Shown here piece after piece: positions 40,498 through 52,490 of a DNA stretch of 64,000 nt. The stretch spans positions 384,958,001 to 385,022,000 of the forward strand of contig OZ024741.1 of NCBI GenBank assembly GCA_964016885.1. Direction: 5' to 3'. The translations under genes were made by a program, and so were the position numbers. The DNA comes from Eledone cirrhosa (Eukaryota). Under the pieces are notes generated by a model. That model was not told the DNA's origin, made no database searches, and saw only the letters and a program-made list of their open reading frames with translations. The stretch's first letter is position 1; each line of letters begins with the position of its first letter.

Positions 40498-41277
40498 TAA
40501 TCAGCAACGCTTAAATGTAAGGAAACTCAAAACAGTAATAACACCATTATTGACAAGTGCCAAAAGAATACTTACCCCCCCCCCCCACACACACACCTAA
40601 ATTCTATATAAATATCGAAAGAGTGTGTTCGAACAGATGTATAACGTAGATCACGTGAGAACACTACTACAACGAACATACGGGTTTTCCAACATTCAGC
40701 ATTCTCTCAATGTTGAGCCTCGTATGACTAAACATCCTTGACCAACAATGGAGGGTTACAGTATAATAATAGACAGAGGTATTACATTTTGCAACGTAAA
40801 CACACTGAAACTTTAAAACGAGTTGACTGACATTCTATTAAAACAGTTGAACAGTCCATAAAATTGGTTGCTTAGAGAGAAAAGAGATTAATGTATTTAG
40901 AAATAACACACAGACACATACACACATATATATACACATACACACACACACACAAAAAAAAAGACATTACATTTCTCTAACACGAAATAGATATAAAATT
41001 GTTATATGTTAGGAAGATATTATTATCAACCGAATAATAACAAACTTAAAATAGATAAGTTTAAGAAAGCGTTAGAAAGAATTAATAATATATTGTTTGC
41101 AATGAATCCACAGAACTTGTTAACTTCATACATTTAACTGTTACTTTAGCATCAAATATTCCTATACACTCAACTATCACTGGCAACCACCATTGCACCA
41201 CACTACGCTACAAAACATACACCTTAGGCAAGCCAACATAACTATACGTAGGTGTTCAGCCTGTTAGAAATAGCTGC

Positions 41278-41417
41278 ATATTGTTATATTTGGGGAAGGT
41301 CATGTTGTTATAATATTGCCAGAAATATATAGTAAAACACACTCACTGTGAGTGTGTTTTACTATAGATTTCTGGCAATATTATAACAACATGACCCTCC
41401 CCAAATATAACAATATT
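41278..41417. repeat. Near-perfect palindrome (~65-bp arms, 3-bp loop)
   Basis: Centre ACACACTCA-ctg-TGAGTGTGT. The right arm and its continuation are homologous to 59196-59306. Confidence 0.85.
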
Positions 41418-41879
41418 TGTTTCAACACACGATTTCTTATCAAAAACCTTGCAAAACAAATTCATCGCCGAAATAGCTGCATAATGTCATTCAAATCATA
41501 TTCTACGGTCTTAAAAACGGTCTTAAAAACGAATGGGGAGGGGAAAGTCGCTACTGGTGCTTCATTTTATCGATCCCGTAAGGATGGAAGGTAAAGTTAA
41601 CCTCGGCGGGAATTGAACTCAAAACATAAAGAGCCGTAACTATATGTCGCAAAGCATAGTGTTCGCTCTTCCGATCAACTGCCGTTTACAGTACATGAAA
41701 ATAAGTGTTTCTACTTTTAGGCACAAGGCCAGCAATTACTCAGTGCATTACTGGTACTTTATTTTATCGACCCCGTAAGGATGAAAGGGAAAGTCAACCT
41801 CGGCGGGATTTGAACTCAGATCGTAAAGAGACGTAACTATGCTGGAAAGCATGGCGTCCGACACTCCACCGATACTGCC

Positions 41880-42376
41880 ATGAAAATAATGCAATATAAT
41901 AATGGTATATTAGTTTAACGCTTAATAGACTGGGGAAAAAAAAACATCTTAACATTTCCGGCGCTAGTCCTTCATCGGATGATAGAAACAGAGTATAGAG
42001 GTTGTTTAGAAGAGAGAAGAAAATGGAAGACAAACAAGAGTAAAAAGAGAAAACAGAGAAAGAAAGCAGAAAGCACATGTTGTTAGTCACTCATCTCTCA
42101 CCCTCTCTCTATATATACGTCTGTCTATCTATCTATTTATTCATCTCTCTCTTTCCACCCCCACCCCCACACACACATATACAAAGAGGGTGTGGTAAGA
42201 TACCAGGTAGATCATAACAGACCAGAGTACTCAATACTTAGGGTAGTAGAGTGGGTAATAGGAAATGAGTAGGACCCCGACAGCTGAGCTCCGGCAGTTT
42301 CGACAGCTAGATCCGAACGGTTTGAAACTAGCTGTCGAAACCGCCGAAGCTCAGCCGTCGGGGTCGTGACTCTTTT

Positions 42377-42443
<67 letters not shown>

Positions 42444-42746
42444 AAATGTTTTTCTCATCTGATGAAAGACTAGCGCCGGAAATGTTAAGACGTTTTTCCC
42501 CAGTCTATTAAGCGTTAAACTAATATACAATTATTAAATTGATTATTCTCTTGTACTGTAAACACCAGCTGATTGGCCTCCTATCATTTTACCCTATGAT
42601 ATAATTTAACGCCATTCTCGCACCACCAACACAATTCAACATAAAAAATGGATGAGATGCGTAACATCGAGTGCTTTCCTAATATCACATCATGATTAAC
42701 ATTGAGGAATGACCAATTCTACTCAGTGGTCAACCACCAAATTTAA

Positions 42747-42748
<2 letters not shown>
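41880..42748. mobile_element. Fold-back pLTR element with minimal hammerhead motifs and a nested second fold-back (42184-42380)
   Basis: 41885-41990 is inverted at 42450-42550. Plus motif CTGATGA (42459) aagactagcgccg GAAATGTTAAGA is similar to the 7.8-kb family. The 3' tail 42570-42748 is shared with 5883 and 31076. Confidence 0.65.
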
Positions 42749-42802
<54 letters not shown>

Positions 42803-42820
42803 TGTATATATATATATGTA

Positions 42821-43525
42821 TCTATCTAAAACAGAGAATGTCTGTCTACCTGACTCCCTAAAACTCGAGAACCACCCAACCGACTTTTTTCAAACTTTAC
42901 ACATGTAATACTTATGGTCATGTGAGTGTTTTGAGCAAAATATATTTCAAGATTTCAATGCCCTAGGGACCGCATTAGGCGCCGGAACGTCGCGCCCTTA
43001 TAATATCTGTCTGTATGTCTGGCTCTCTGCATTACGACATTGACTTCGCTATCTGTGTGTGTATATATGTATATATATATATATATATATATAGTGAGTA
43101 ACGTTTTTCGAAATATTTATTTCTGCGTTCACAGTTTGATTTTTTTAGTTTCAGAAGATCCCGTTAAGGGTGAAAGCAGCGATTCTTCGCTTAAACTTTA
43201 ACCTGTTATTTTAATATATATATATAAAAATTATATATTCGTGTACAGATATTTTTGCTTACACAATAACAAAATATAAACAAACGTATTTATTTCACGA
43301 GGCTCAACAGCAGCAAAAGCAACAACAAAAAAGAGAGGGAACGCAATTACATGTTTTTGAAAATGCTTAATGGAAAATTATTTGCCTATTCACCCAAGGC
43401 GACTTCACTTTTTATTAGGACTTCTGCATCAATTGGTGAACATACGACGAAACTGTTTCAGAAAGGAGGGATAAACGTGCTAATCTATGTTTAGAATCCC
43501 GAGCAACGCCGGGCCATTCTGCTAG
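42821..43525 (+). mobile_element. Non-autonomous Helitron
   Basis: 5' A|TC at 42820/42821 followed by GTCT repeats; 3' hairpin CCCG-agcaacgc-CGGG at 43498-43513; terminal CTAG|T at 43522-43526. Confidence 0.7.
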
Positions 43526-43570
43526 TATATAATAATAATAATAATAATAATATTAATAATAATAATAATA

Positions 43571-43990
43571 TGCCTGGTAATTGATATGTCTGTTCCAATA
43601 GACAAGAATGTATCTATAAAAACATTTGAAAAATTGAGTAAGTATAAGGACCTGGAGATAGAAATTGGAAAAATGTGGAAATTGAGAACTAAAACAATAC
43701 CAGTGGTTGTAGGCGCTCTGGGAATGATACCTAAGGGGTCTAATGATTACTTATCGCAAATCCCAGGAAACCCGCGTATAGGAGAAATACAAAAGATAGT
43801 ACTAATGGGAACTGCCCATATACTAAGGAAGATTCTGTCAATATAAGTACATCACAAGTCTAAACACTAAAGATGCATGTGTGTGTATGTATGTTCTTTC
43901 TTGAACATGGCGGACCTTGTTGTCTCTTGAGGTCACTGGTTGTGACTTGGTGATAACTCGTATGAACATAAAGCAAGATAAATGCAACTG
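43571..43990 (+). mobile_element. R4/Dong-like 3' fragment, second copy, in (TAA)n
   Basis: ORF 43586-43846 is almost identical to the C-terminus of ORF 3771-4181. Same 3' end AAATGCAACTG|TAATAA. Confidence 0.88.
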
Positions 43991-44218
43991 TAATAATAAT
44001 AATTGTTTCTACTTTTGGCACAAGGCCAGCAATTGCCACAGTGGATTACTGGTACTTTATTTTATCGACCCCGCAAGGATGGAAGGCAAAGTTAACCTCA
44101 GCGGGATTTGAACTCAGATCATAAAGGGCCGTAACTCTATGATGCAAAGCATGGCGTTCAACCCTCTACCGATACTGCCAATCCACTGCCCTTATATATA
44201 TAATATTAATAATATTTA

Positions 44219-44512
44219 TAAAGATGCTGATGTTACATAAGTCGTTTATTCATTATAATTATTCAAACGGTTCTCCCATGCAATCAAGATGTAAGTCATG
44301 CATTTGTTGTTGTTATGAGAACGGTATCCTCAGATGAAATTCGATTTTGTGATATGCCGCTGGCAGGAAAAACACGTGCATCCAGCAAACATATGTCTGA
44401 GGATACCGTTCTCATAACAAAAACAAATGCATGACTTACATCTTGATTGCATGGAAGAACCTTTGAAATAATTGTAATGAATAAACAATTTATGTAACAT
44501 TAGCATCTTTAT
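44219..44512. mobile_element. Fold-back element with ~115-bp arms and a hammerhead motif
   Basis: Plus arm: CTGAGGA (44397) tacc-GTTCT..AGAAC-cttt GAA ATAATTGT A^ATGAA. The minus arm supplies stem I TTCAT/ATGAA. Confidence 0.65.
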
Positions 44513-44789
44513 TCATGTTATTATTATACTGAATTTCCAGCATAGTTACGTCCCTTAACGATCTGAGTTCAAATCCCGCCGAGGTTGACTTTGCCTTTCA
44601 TCCTTACGGGGTCGATAAAATAAAGTACCAGTAATGCACTGGGTAATTGCTGGCCTTGTGCCTAAAGTAGAAACAATTATTATACTGAATCTCCATCGTA
44701 ACTACAAATTACGAATGTTGAGAGCTTTCTCCTGCTTGCTCCTGTTTTTACCAAAACAATCTCTTCTGAATATATATATATATATATAT

Positions 44790-47700
44790 ACGATATTAAA
44801 TAAATGGAAACTATATTTATAAAACCATATTTATTTCGTTATATATATTTCAGGGATATCATATTAACAATATGCTATGCCTTCCTCAGACAAAATACAA
44901 TATAAACAGTTTTATAGATAAATAGATTTGACATACCGTACAACATCGACTTGTATTTGAAAAGTTGAATTGGCAGTGAAAAAATTGTAGACAGAAAGAA
45001 AGAAAGAGAGAAAAAAGGAAAGAAAAACAGAAAACGAAGAAAAAGAAGAAAAAGAAGAAAAAGAAGAAATGCATGGAACAAAATAGAGAGATGGAAAGAT
45101 AGATAAAGAGAAGAACTTCATGTAAAGAAACAGAGAGAGATATATATAGAGAGAGGGAATAGATAGAGATAGATAGATATATAGAAAAATATGTAGTTGG
45201 ACATCCGTTGAGTAAACGTATCAATGATACATTTATTTATTTATTTATTTATTTATTTAGCTCTAGTATTAATGTAAGGGAGATATATGTGGTTAGGAGA
45301 GAAACCAGCTGTTATATAGAGAGAAAAATGAAAAGTCACCAGACATAGGCGAGGCATAAAAACCCTATGTTTTAATGTAGAAGTATTAATATGTATAAAA
45401 AATATGTATAAAAACCAGGCACTATATTGAAAATATCAGTATTCCTGAATGAGACACGTATCCATAATGTGTGAAAAGTAATGATCTTATGTTTAGTTTT
45501 AAAAAATTCATATGTTTATATGATAACTACAAACATCGATGTGAATTTACATGATCAACTCTGCAAACCCTAAGTTCACACGAAAACATTCTCATTGTGC
45601 TATAAAAATTTAAGTATACACATATGTGTATATATATACACACATATATATAGAGTCTATATTACTACTATTCTTGTCTTTACTCTACAAGATTATCTAT
45701 CAAGCAGAAATAGAGAGCAGACTTCAATATATTAATAAAAAATATATCAGAAACAAAAACCAAAAAACAACAATAATAATAATAATAATAATAAATAAAT
45801 AATAATAAAATAGAAAACTAAAAAATATTACGAAAAAATATTACATATTAAAAATATTACATATTAAAAATAAAAATATTAGAAAATACTACAATAATAA
45901 AAATAAACCACAAAGATCAACCCTTCAAAATTAATTGACAATATATTGCCAAGTTCATTATAAGCATCAGAGTCGAAAACAGATAAAGCTAAAAATTATT
46001 TATCAAATCGCATCTAGCAAAAATCATTTCAAAAAGTTTAGGATGCCCATTTGGTCTACATGTGTTCTTATATTTAATATAGAAGTTTATCTAGTGTAAC
46101 GTTTATTCGAAATATTTGGAGCATCAACTTTTAGGGTAGTTTAATTTTCCATGAAGAATGTTTAAATAAAAATAAAAATAAAAAGAAGAATAAAAAAGAA
46201 GAAATCGAAAGATTTATCGGCTAGTTTCCCAAATAATTATAAATCAAACTAAATATACTACATTTTAAATTTAAATTTATATTTAAAAGTTGAGTTTAAT
46301 CTATGTTTGCAGCAACTGAATAAATTTGTCCGTAGATTAAGGGAATTTTTAGATTTTAGTATAAAGAATATCTCCTCTGCGCAGAGGTCACATGTCTCAG
46401 AGGATGAATTAAAAGGAATCCCTCTTGAGATTATATTCCAAGCCGTCGAATATCTAACGTTATCTAGCTTAAGTTGCCAGAGTACACCTGAAAGTGCCGT
46501 TGAAGATTTTTTGCTTGGATCTGTGAAAGAATTCTTGTGGTTATTATAGCGAAGTTTAAATTCCGTCGATGTGGAACCGACGTAGTTAAAAGAATTAGAA
46601 TCAGTTTTAACATTACAATTGTATACTATATTTTTAACTAAGCAGTTGTTATTTAACGGACATTTAGATCTATCTCTACAGTTACATTTGTTAACTTGTA
46701 TATTATTTATGCTATTATCACTAGGTTTTAAGTTCCTATTATTTATTCTATTAATATTTTGTGCTAAATTTTTGGTGGATGAGTAGGTTAATTTTATAGT
46801 ATGTCTATTGAAAATTGAGTGATACCTATGTGTTCTAGGGAAGCGATTATCAAGAGCTTTAAAAAATAGTTTAGCGATGTGGGTTTTAATGTTTAGTGAG
46901 AAAGGGGGGCAAACCAAATTATGTTCCTAGTTCTATTTCTTTTTTGGCCCATGGAATTATTGTAATGCTTTCTATTATAGTTGTTAAGGTTGTTGCCGTA
47001 ATTAAAATAGTTGTTATTTTGTTTAGTTTGTCTATCATTATCTATGTACTTAATCTTATCAGTATATCCTGCTCTAGCTAACGCTTCATTGTAGTACTGG
47101 GCTTTTTCGTCGAAAATCTTTCTATTAGACGAGATTCTAGAGATACGTTTTTGAACAGAGTTTACTATAGTGTTTTTGACAGATCTGGGGTGGTTAGAGT
47201 TAAAGCTGACATAGTTTAAGTTTTCATTCAACTTGTGAAAAGGATAGTGAAGACATGTGTTGAGATTTAATGTTATATCTAGGAAATTGACTATTCTATG
47301 GTTGTTCTCAATTTCTGGTGACTTTTCATTTTTCTCTCTATATAACAGCTGGTTTCTCTCCTAACCACATATATCTCCCTTACATTAATACTAGAGCTAA
47401 ATAAATAAATAAATAAATAAATAAATGTATCATTGATACGTTTACTCAACGGATGTCCAACTACATATTTTTCTATATATATATCTATCTCTATCTATTC
47501 CCTCTCTCTATATATATCTCTCTCTGTTTCTTTACATGAAGTTCTTCTCTTTATCTATCTTTCCATCTCTCTATTTTGTTCCATGCATTTCTTCTTTTTC
47601 TTCTTTTTCTTCGTTTTCTGTTTTTCTTTCCTTTTTTCTCTCTTTCTTTCTTTCTGTCTACAATTTTTTCACTGCCAATTCAACTTTTCAAATACAAGTC

Positions 47701-47945
47701 GATGTTGTACGGTATGTCAAATCTATTTATCTATAAAACTGTTTATATTGTATTTTGTCTGAGGAAGGCATAGCATATTGTTAATATGATATCCCTGAAA
47801 TATATATAACGAAATAAATATGGTTTTATAAATATAGTTTCCATTTATTTAATATCGTAAATATACTCCAAATACTTGTCGAGTGCTTTCATATCAGTTA
47901 TTAATATTTACTAGTTGTAACCCAACAATTTAAATATAACTTTCC
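44790..47945 (-). mobile_element. Penelope-like element, Naiad-type, 5'-truncated, with inverted pLTR (44790-45343 versus 47314-47858)
   Basis: VNFLDITL..YVSFNSNHP (RT thumb), NIIWF/PPFS, CNCR..CPLNNNCL..NIVY..YVGST..FKLRYNNH, CDLCAEE and CCKH (ORFs 46893-47231 and 46258-46917, one frameshift). Confidence 0.88.
47752..47815 (+). ncRNA. Type I hammerhead in the Naiad pLTR (mirror copy 44833-44896 on -)
   Basis: ATTTTGT CTGAGGA AGG-c-ATAgCATATT-gtt-AATATG-aTAT-c-CCT GAA ATA-ta-TAT A^ACGAAAT; 7-bp stem I. Confidence 0.8.
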
Positions 47946-48057
<112 letters not shown>

Positions 48058-48097
48058 CTCTGTGTGTGTGTGTGTGCGTGTCTGTGTGCGTGTGTGC

Positions 48098-48136
<39 letters not shown>

Positions 48137-48158
48137 TGTCTGTGTGCGTGTGTGCGTG

Positions 48159-48197
<39 letters not shown>

Positions 48198-48603
48198 GTG
48201 TGTGTGTGTGTATGCTATATACTTAGATATATTTCAATGCATCAATCTATTCTATTCCTCTACTGAAACTATTAGTATCCTCTCTTTTCCACCTAACTTT
48301 CAAGGACCACCTATTACACTCAATCACTCTGTCCCCAGATCCAATAAACTGAAAAACAAAACAACAAAAACTGCTCATCTTTGTCACTCTTTAACTCTTA
48401 GTCTCACTATCTCTTTTTCTTCTCTCTTTTTAGATGTGCATCTCTCCAAACCTCATTATCTGCTATATGTCTCCATTAATTACCTTCTTTCACTTCTTCA
48501 AACACTACATTAACGGTGTCGACTTTCACCCAGTCTTCCTTTGCTTTGATGAGGCTTACGTAGATAAGTTAACATACATAAAGGTGTCCACACACACACA
48601 CAC

Positions 48604-48659
<56 letters not shown>

Positions 48660-48708
48660 TTGATGAGGTTTGCGCCGATAAGTTAACATACATAAAGGTG
48701 TGCACAGC

Positions 48709-48740
<32 letters not shown>

Positions 48741-49874
48741 GTATGAATGAATATATGCTTTAGAATGAATAGCTGCAGTGCCTCCAACATCAATACATTA
48801 TTCCAGAAAATAATGTTATCCGGGAAATAAAGCAACATATCTTTTCTATCAGATTTGAAAAGTATCTTTGAAAATAGTTAGGTTCTGGCAAGTAAGTAGA
48901 GGCTATATATTTTATATGCTACATTTTGCAAAATAACCATATTTTTTCGTCAATAGCATGGCCGTTTTATTGATGGGATTCCTGTTTAAGCCTGTGTCTC
49001 AAAAGAAAAAAAAAAACAAGAATCATCTATTGTCTAAAGCTGTGTGATAAGTGTATTTTTGCCCGATCGAAGAAGATCAATAAACTATCATAGTTTGCTT
49101 TGTCGCTCCAAGAAACGAACGTACTGTATTATTTAATCGGTCAGCAGCTTAAGAGCAGCAAAAAATGAAATAGTTTTGTAAGAAGTATAGATAAGTGTAT
49201 TTATTTAGAAATTCTATGGATTGTTGCCGAAAGTATAAAGAAAGGTGATTGATTTGGATCAAGGAGTTACTTATATTGTATATATATATATATATATGTA
49301 TATATATAATGAATATCTATTTATCAATCTATCTATCTATCTATTTATTTATTTATTGACCTACCTATCTGTTTATCTATCTATCTGTTTCTCACCCTCT
49401 CTGTATATATATATATACACACATACATACATATATTAATACACACACATATATATATATATATAGCATATATTAATATATATATATACATACAATATAT
49501 AGTACATTGAATCTATTATGTGAATTAAAATCGTTGATATTATCTGAAATTAAAACAAGCAGCTTACTTCATGATGAATATCATTCACATGAATATTTTT
49601 GCATTTGAAAACAAAAAACATAAAATACTAAAAAAGAAAACAACAAAACAATAACAAAAACACAAACAATCAACAACCCAGAATATAAGTCTTACCTCGT
49701 GGCTAACAATTAAAACTACTATTGCAGTTTACGCAAAATCGCGAGGAGTGTTATTCAACAAAATGACAATCTCTCCAATATGCCCTTGCCACTAACATTC
49801 CACATCTTCTGTCAATATTCACTACAAGCACGTGTCTTCACAGGTGACGCGATTTAAAAAAAAAAACAGCACCA

Positions 49875-50600
49875 AATAATTGTTTCTACTTTAGGCACAA
49901 GGCCAGCAATTTAAAGGGGATAGGGAAAGTCGATTAAATCGACGCCAGTAAATTACTGGTGCTTTATTTTATCGACCCCGTAAGGATGAAAGGCAAAGCT
50001 AACCTCGGTGGGATTTGAACTCAGAACATAAAGGACCATAACGTTATGCCGCAAATCATAGTGTCCGGCGCTCTGCCAATCCACCGCCTTACAACAACAA
50101 CAAATAATGATTTCTCGTATAGGCTCAAGGCCAGTAATTTTGGGGAGGGAAAAGTCGATTAGATCGACTCCAGTAAGTTACTCGTGCTTTATTTTATCGA
50201 TCGATCCCGTAAGGATGAAAGGCAAAGTTAACCTCGGTGGGATTTGAACTCGGAACATAAACTTATGTTGCAAAGAATAGAGTCTGGCGCTCTACCGATT
50301 CTGCCAATCCACCGCCCTACAACAACAGCAACAAATAATAATATAAAATCTGTGTAGAAAGTTCTATAAAAGTATATAATATTTCTTTCTAAATTAGGCA
50401 CAAGGACAGAATTGTGGGTAGAGGGGGGAGTCAATTATACTGACCCCAGTACGTAACTGGTACTTTGTTTTATTGACCTCGGGAAGATGAAATGTAAATT
50501 TGGCTTCAGAGGGATTTGAACACAGAATGTAAAGAGTGGAAATAAATACTGCAAAAAAATTTGTCCAATTTTCTAATGTTTCTATCAACCTATCGCTCCC
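49875..50600 (-). mobile_element. Three tandem SINE family 1-related copies
   Basis: Repeated TTTTATCGA..GTAAGGATGAAAGGCAAAG..GATTTGAAC. Other copies at 20340, 41540-41880, 43995, 44535, 53930-54400, 56265, 61615 and 62603. Confidence 0.8.
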
Positions 50601-50717
50601 TGAAAATATATATTAATGTTAGATACTTCCTCTTAAAGTAGTTAAAAGACAAATATAACCGTGAATAGAACACGTGAATAGTACACTTTAGCTGATTAAC
50701 TCCCGTTATAAACTAGC

Positions 50718-51145
50718 TTTATATGGTTGTGAGTCATGGACTTTAAAGCCATTTGACTTGAAACGAATGAGTGAATTTGAAATGTCATGCTATAGGCGTG
50801 CATTTAGAATTAGCTGGACAGCTCACAGAACAAATAAATCTATCCTGGAAGAAATTGGTGCCATTCAACAGTTGGTTGAAATAGCAAAGAAAAGGAAACT
50901 TCAGTATTTTGGTAATGTCATCAGGGCCAAAAATTTGACAACCCACATCCTTGAGGGACAAATACAGGGGAAAAGGCCCAGGGGACGGCAGAGATGGAGA
51001 TGGACATATGATATTGAGGAATGGACCGGAAGGAGTTTGGCGGAATGTACGGCAATGGCAAGAGACAGGAAAAGATGGAGAGTGCTGATCCATAAGTCCA
51101 TGACCCTCGACTCTCAGCTATGAGGATGGGATGAGAAGGAAGAAT
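50718..51145 (+). mobile_element. RTE-clade LINE 3' fragment
   Basis: LYGCESWTL..FEMSCYRRAFRISW..TN..RKLQYFGNVIR..ILEGQIQGKRPRGRQRWRW. Confidence 0.85.
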
Positions 51146-51429
51146 AAACTAGCAGACGGTTTTTTAACGTGAATAACTGAAATATTGTTTAATATTTAAG
51201 TTATCAACGTATTGGTTAAGAACTGTTCTTAATAATCCAATCCATATAGTTGCTGAAACTTTTACTTAATGTAATAATCAATAAAACACTTAAATAATTA
51301 ATCATTTATAATAATTTATGAAGTAATTTATTAAAGATTTAAATTGTATTCTTTAAATTTGAGAAGATGAGAGTCCTAAACGCAGAAAAAACTGCAATAA
51401 CAATCGGCCACTCTTAGAGACGGGAAAAA

Positions 51430-52490
51430 TAGATATATTTCTTTTATTTGCCACTAGGGCATCAAAAGTGGGACAAGTACAAAGGGGGGAGTTTACACAA
51501 AAAGGCGTCCTCAATAAGGAGGAGGCAATAACAAAATATAAAAATAAAATAAGATATAACAAAAAATAAAATTTTTAACAAAATCCTCAATAGAGAGGAG
51601 GCGCCTTGGGGGGTCGCACACACCCCCGAAAAAAGTGTGCAACCCTTCTCCTCAGGAGCACAGAGAAGGGGTGCTCCCTTGGTCTTTCATCTTCCTCACC
51701 TATAGTCTGATGTAGAGTGAAGGCCCATTCACACGGGCCATTCTCGCCACTTTCACCCATCTTTCATAGAAACGGTTGGGGTGCAGCACCTCTCTCTCCA
51801 TCCTGATCCTTCTTCCGAAATGATATCGGAAGAAACGGACCAGTTGTTGGCCAGAGAGAAAGGTGCCCGACCTCAGTCCTTTCAGACGCGTCCACCATAC
51901 AACCTCTTTCGCCATGGCTATTACGCACAGAAACACCGCCTCTGCTTCATCTTTGAAGGGAGGAGGCGGCTTGATCATTACAATAGACTCGGTGGTCAAC
52001 CGGATCGGTCCCACCCTTGACAGCAGTTGTTCGACATAGCCCCACAGATCGGCTACGCCCGAGCAGTGTACTAATGCGTGTGCAACGGTTTCCTCGTCGC
52101 ACACGCATCTGGGACAGATCTTTTTGGCGGGGTCCCTACCCGGGCGCCCGTGTCTGTAGAGCCTTTCTCGAACGGGTAAAGCCCCTCGGTAGCACTGCCA
52201 GGCCAGGGACTTCTGGAAGTTGTCCATAGGTCCCGGGCTGAATGTCCTACCGAACAGGCTGGCCAGTTCGTCCTCCTCCATGTCTAGGGCTTCTCCGAGG
52301 GCGTCGTCGCACCTGCTGCGTACCAGCCCTCTATAGAATGTTGCGGTGGAGTCTCCACTGATAACCGGATCCGCCTGCCAGAGGGCGGTGAGCGCCTGGG
52401 CACACTCAGTGTGCCAGGCGCCCAGTTTTCTCGGTCTTTGCTTGACCCAGGATTGCAGCTCGGTGAGTGAGACGAGTCTGGGAAAGGTTC
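51430..52490 (-). mobile_element. L1/Tx1 3' fragment, 5'-truncated; a related subfamily of the element at 1-3300
   Basis: ORF 51700-52281 FGRTFSPGPMDNFQKSLAWQCYRGALPV..CPRC..ETVAHALVHC is homologous to 2470-3004. Minus-strand AATAAA near 51445. Confidence 0.9.

Noticed and set aside
46258-47231. Selenoprotein-type Naiad
   Set aside because: No in-frame TGA at Cys positions in the retained ORF segments.
48544-48706. HHR-like TTGATGAGG..GATA in a short direct repeat
   Set aside because: GAAA is replaced by GATA and there is no convincing stem III or stem I.
49690-49850. Possible minus-strand exon with GAG|GTAAG donor
   Set aside because: A single splice-like motif with no ORF or other support.
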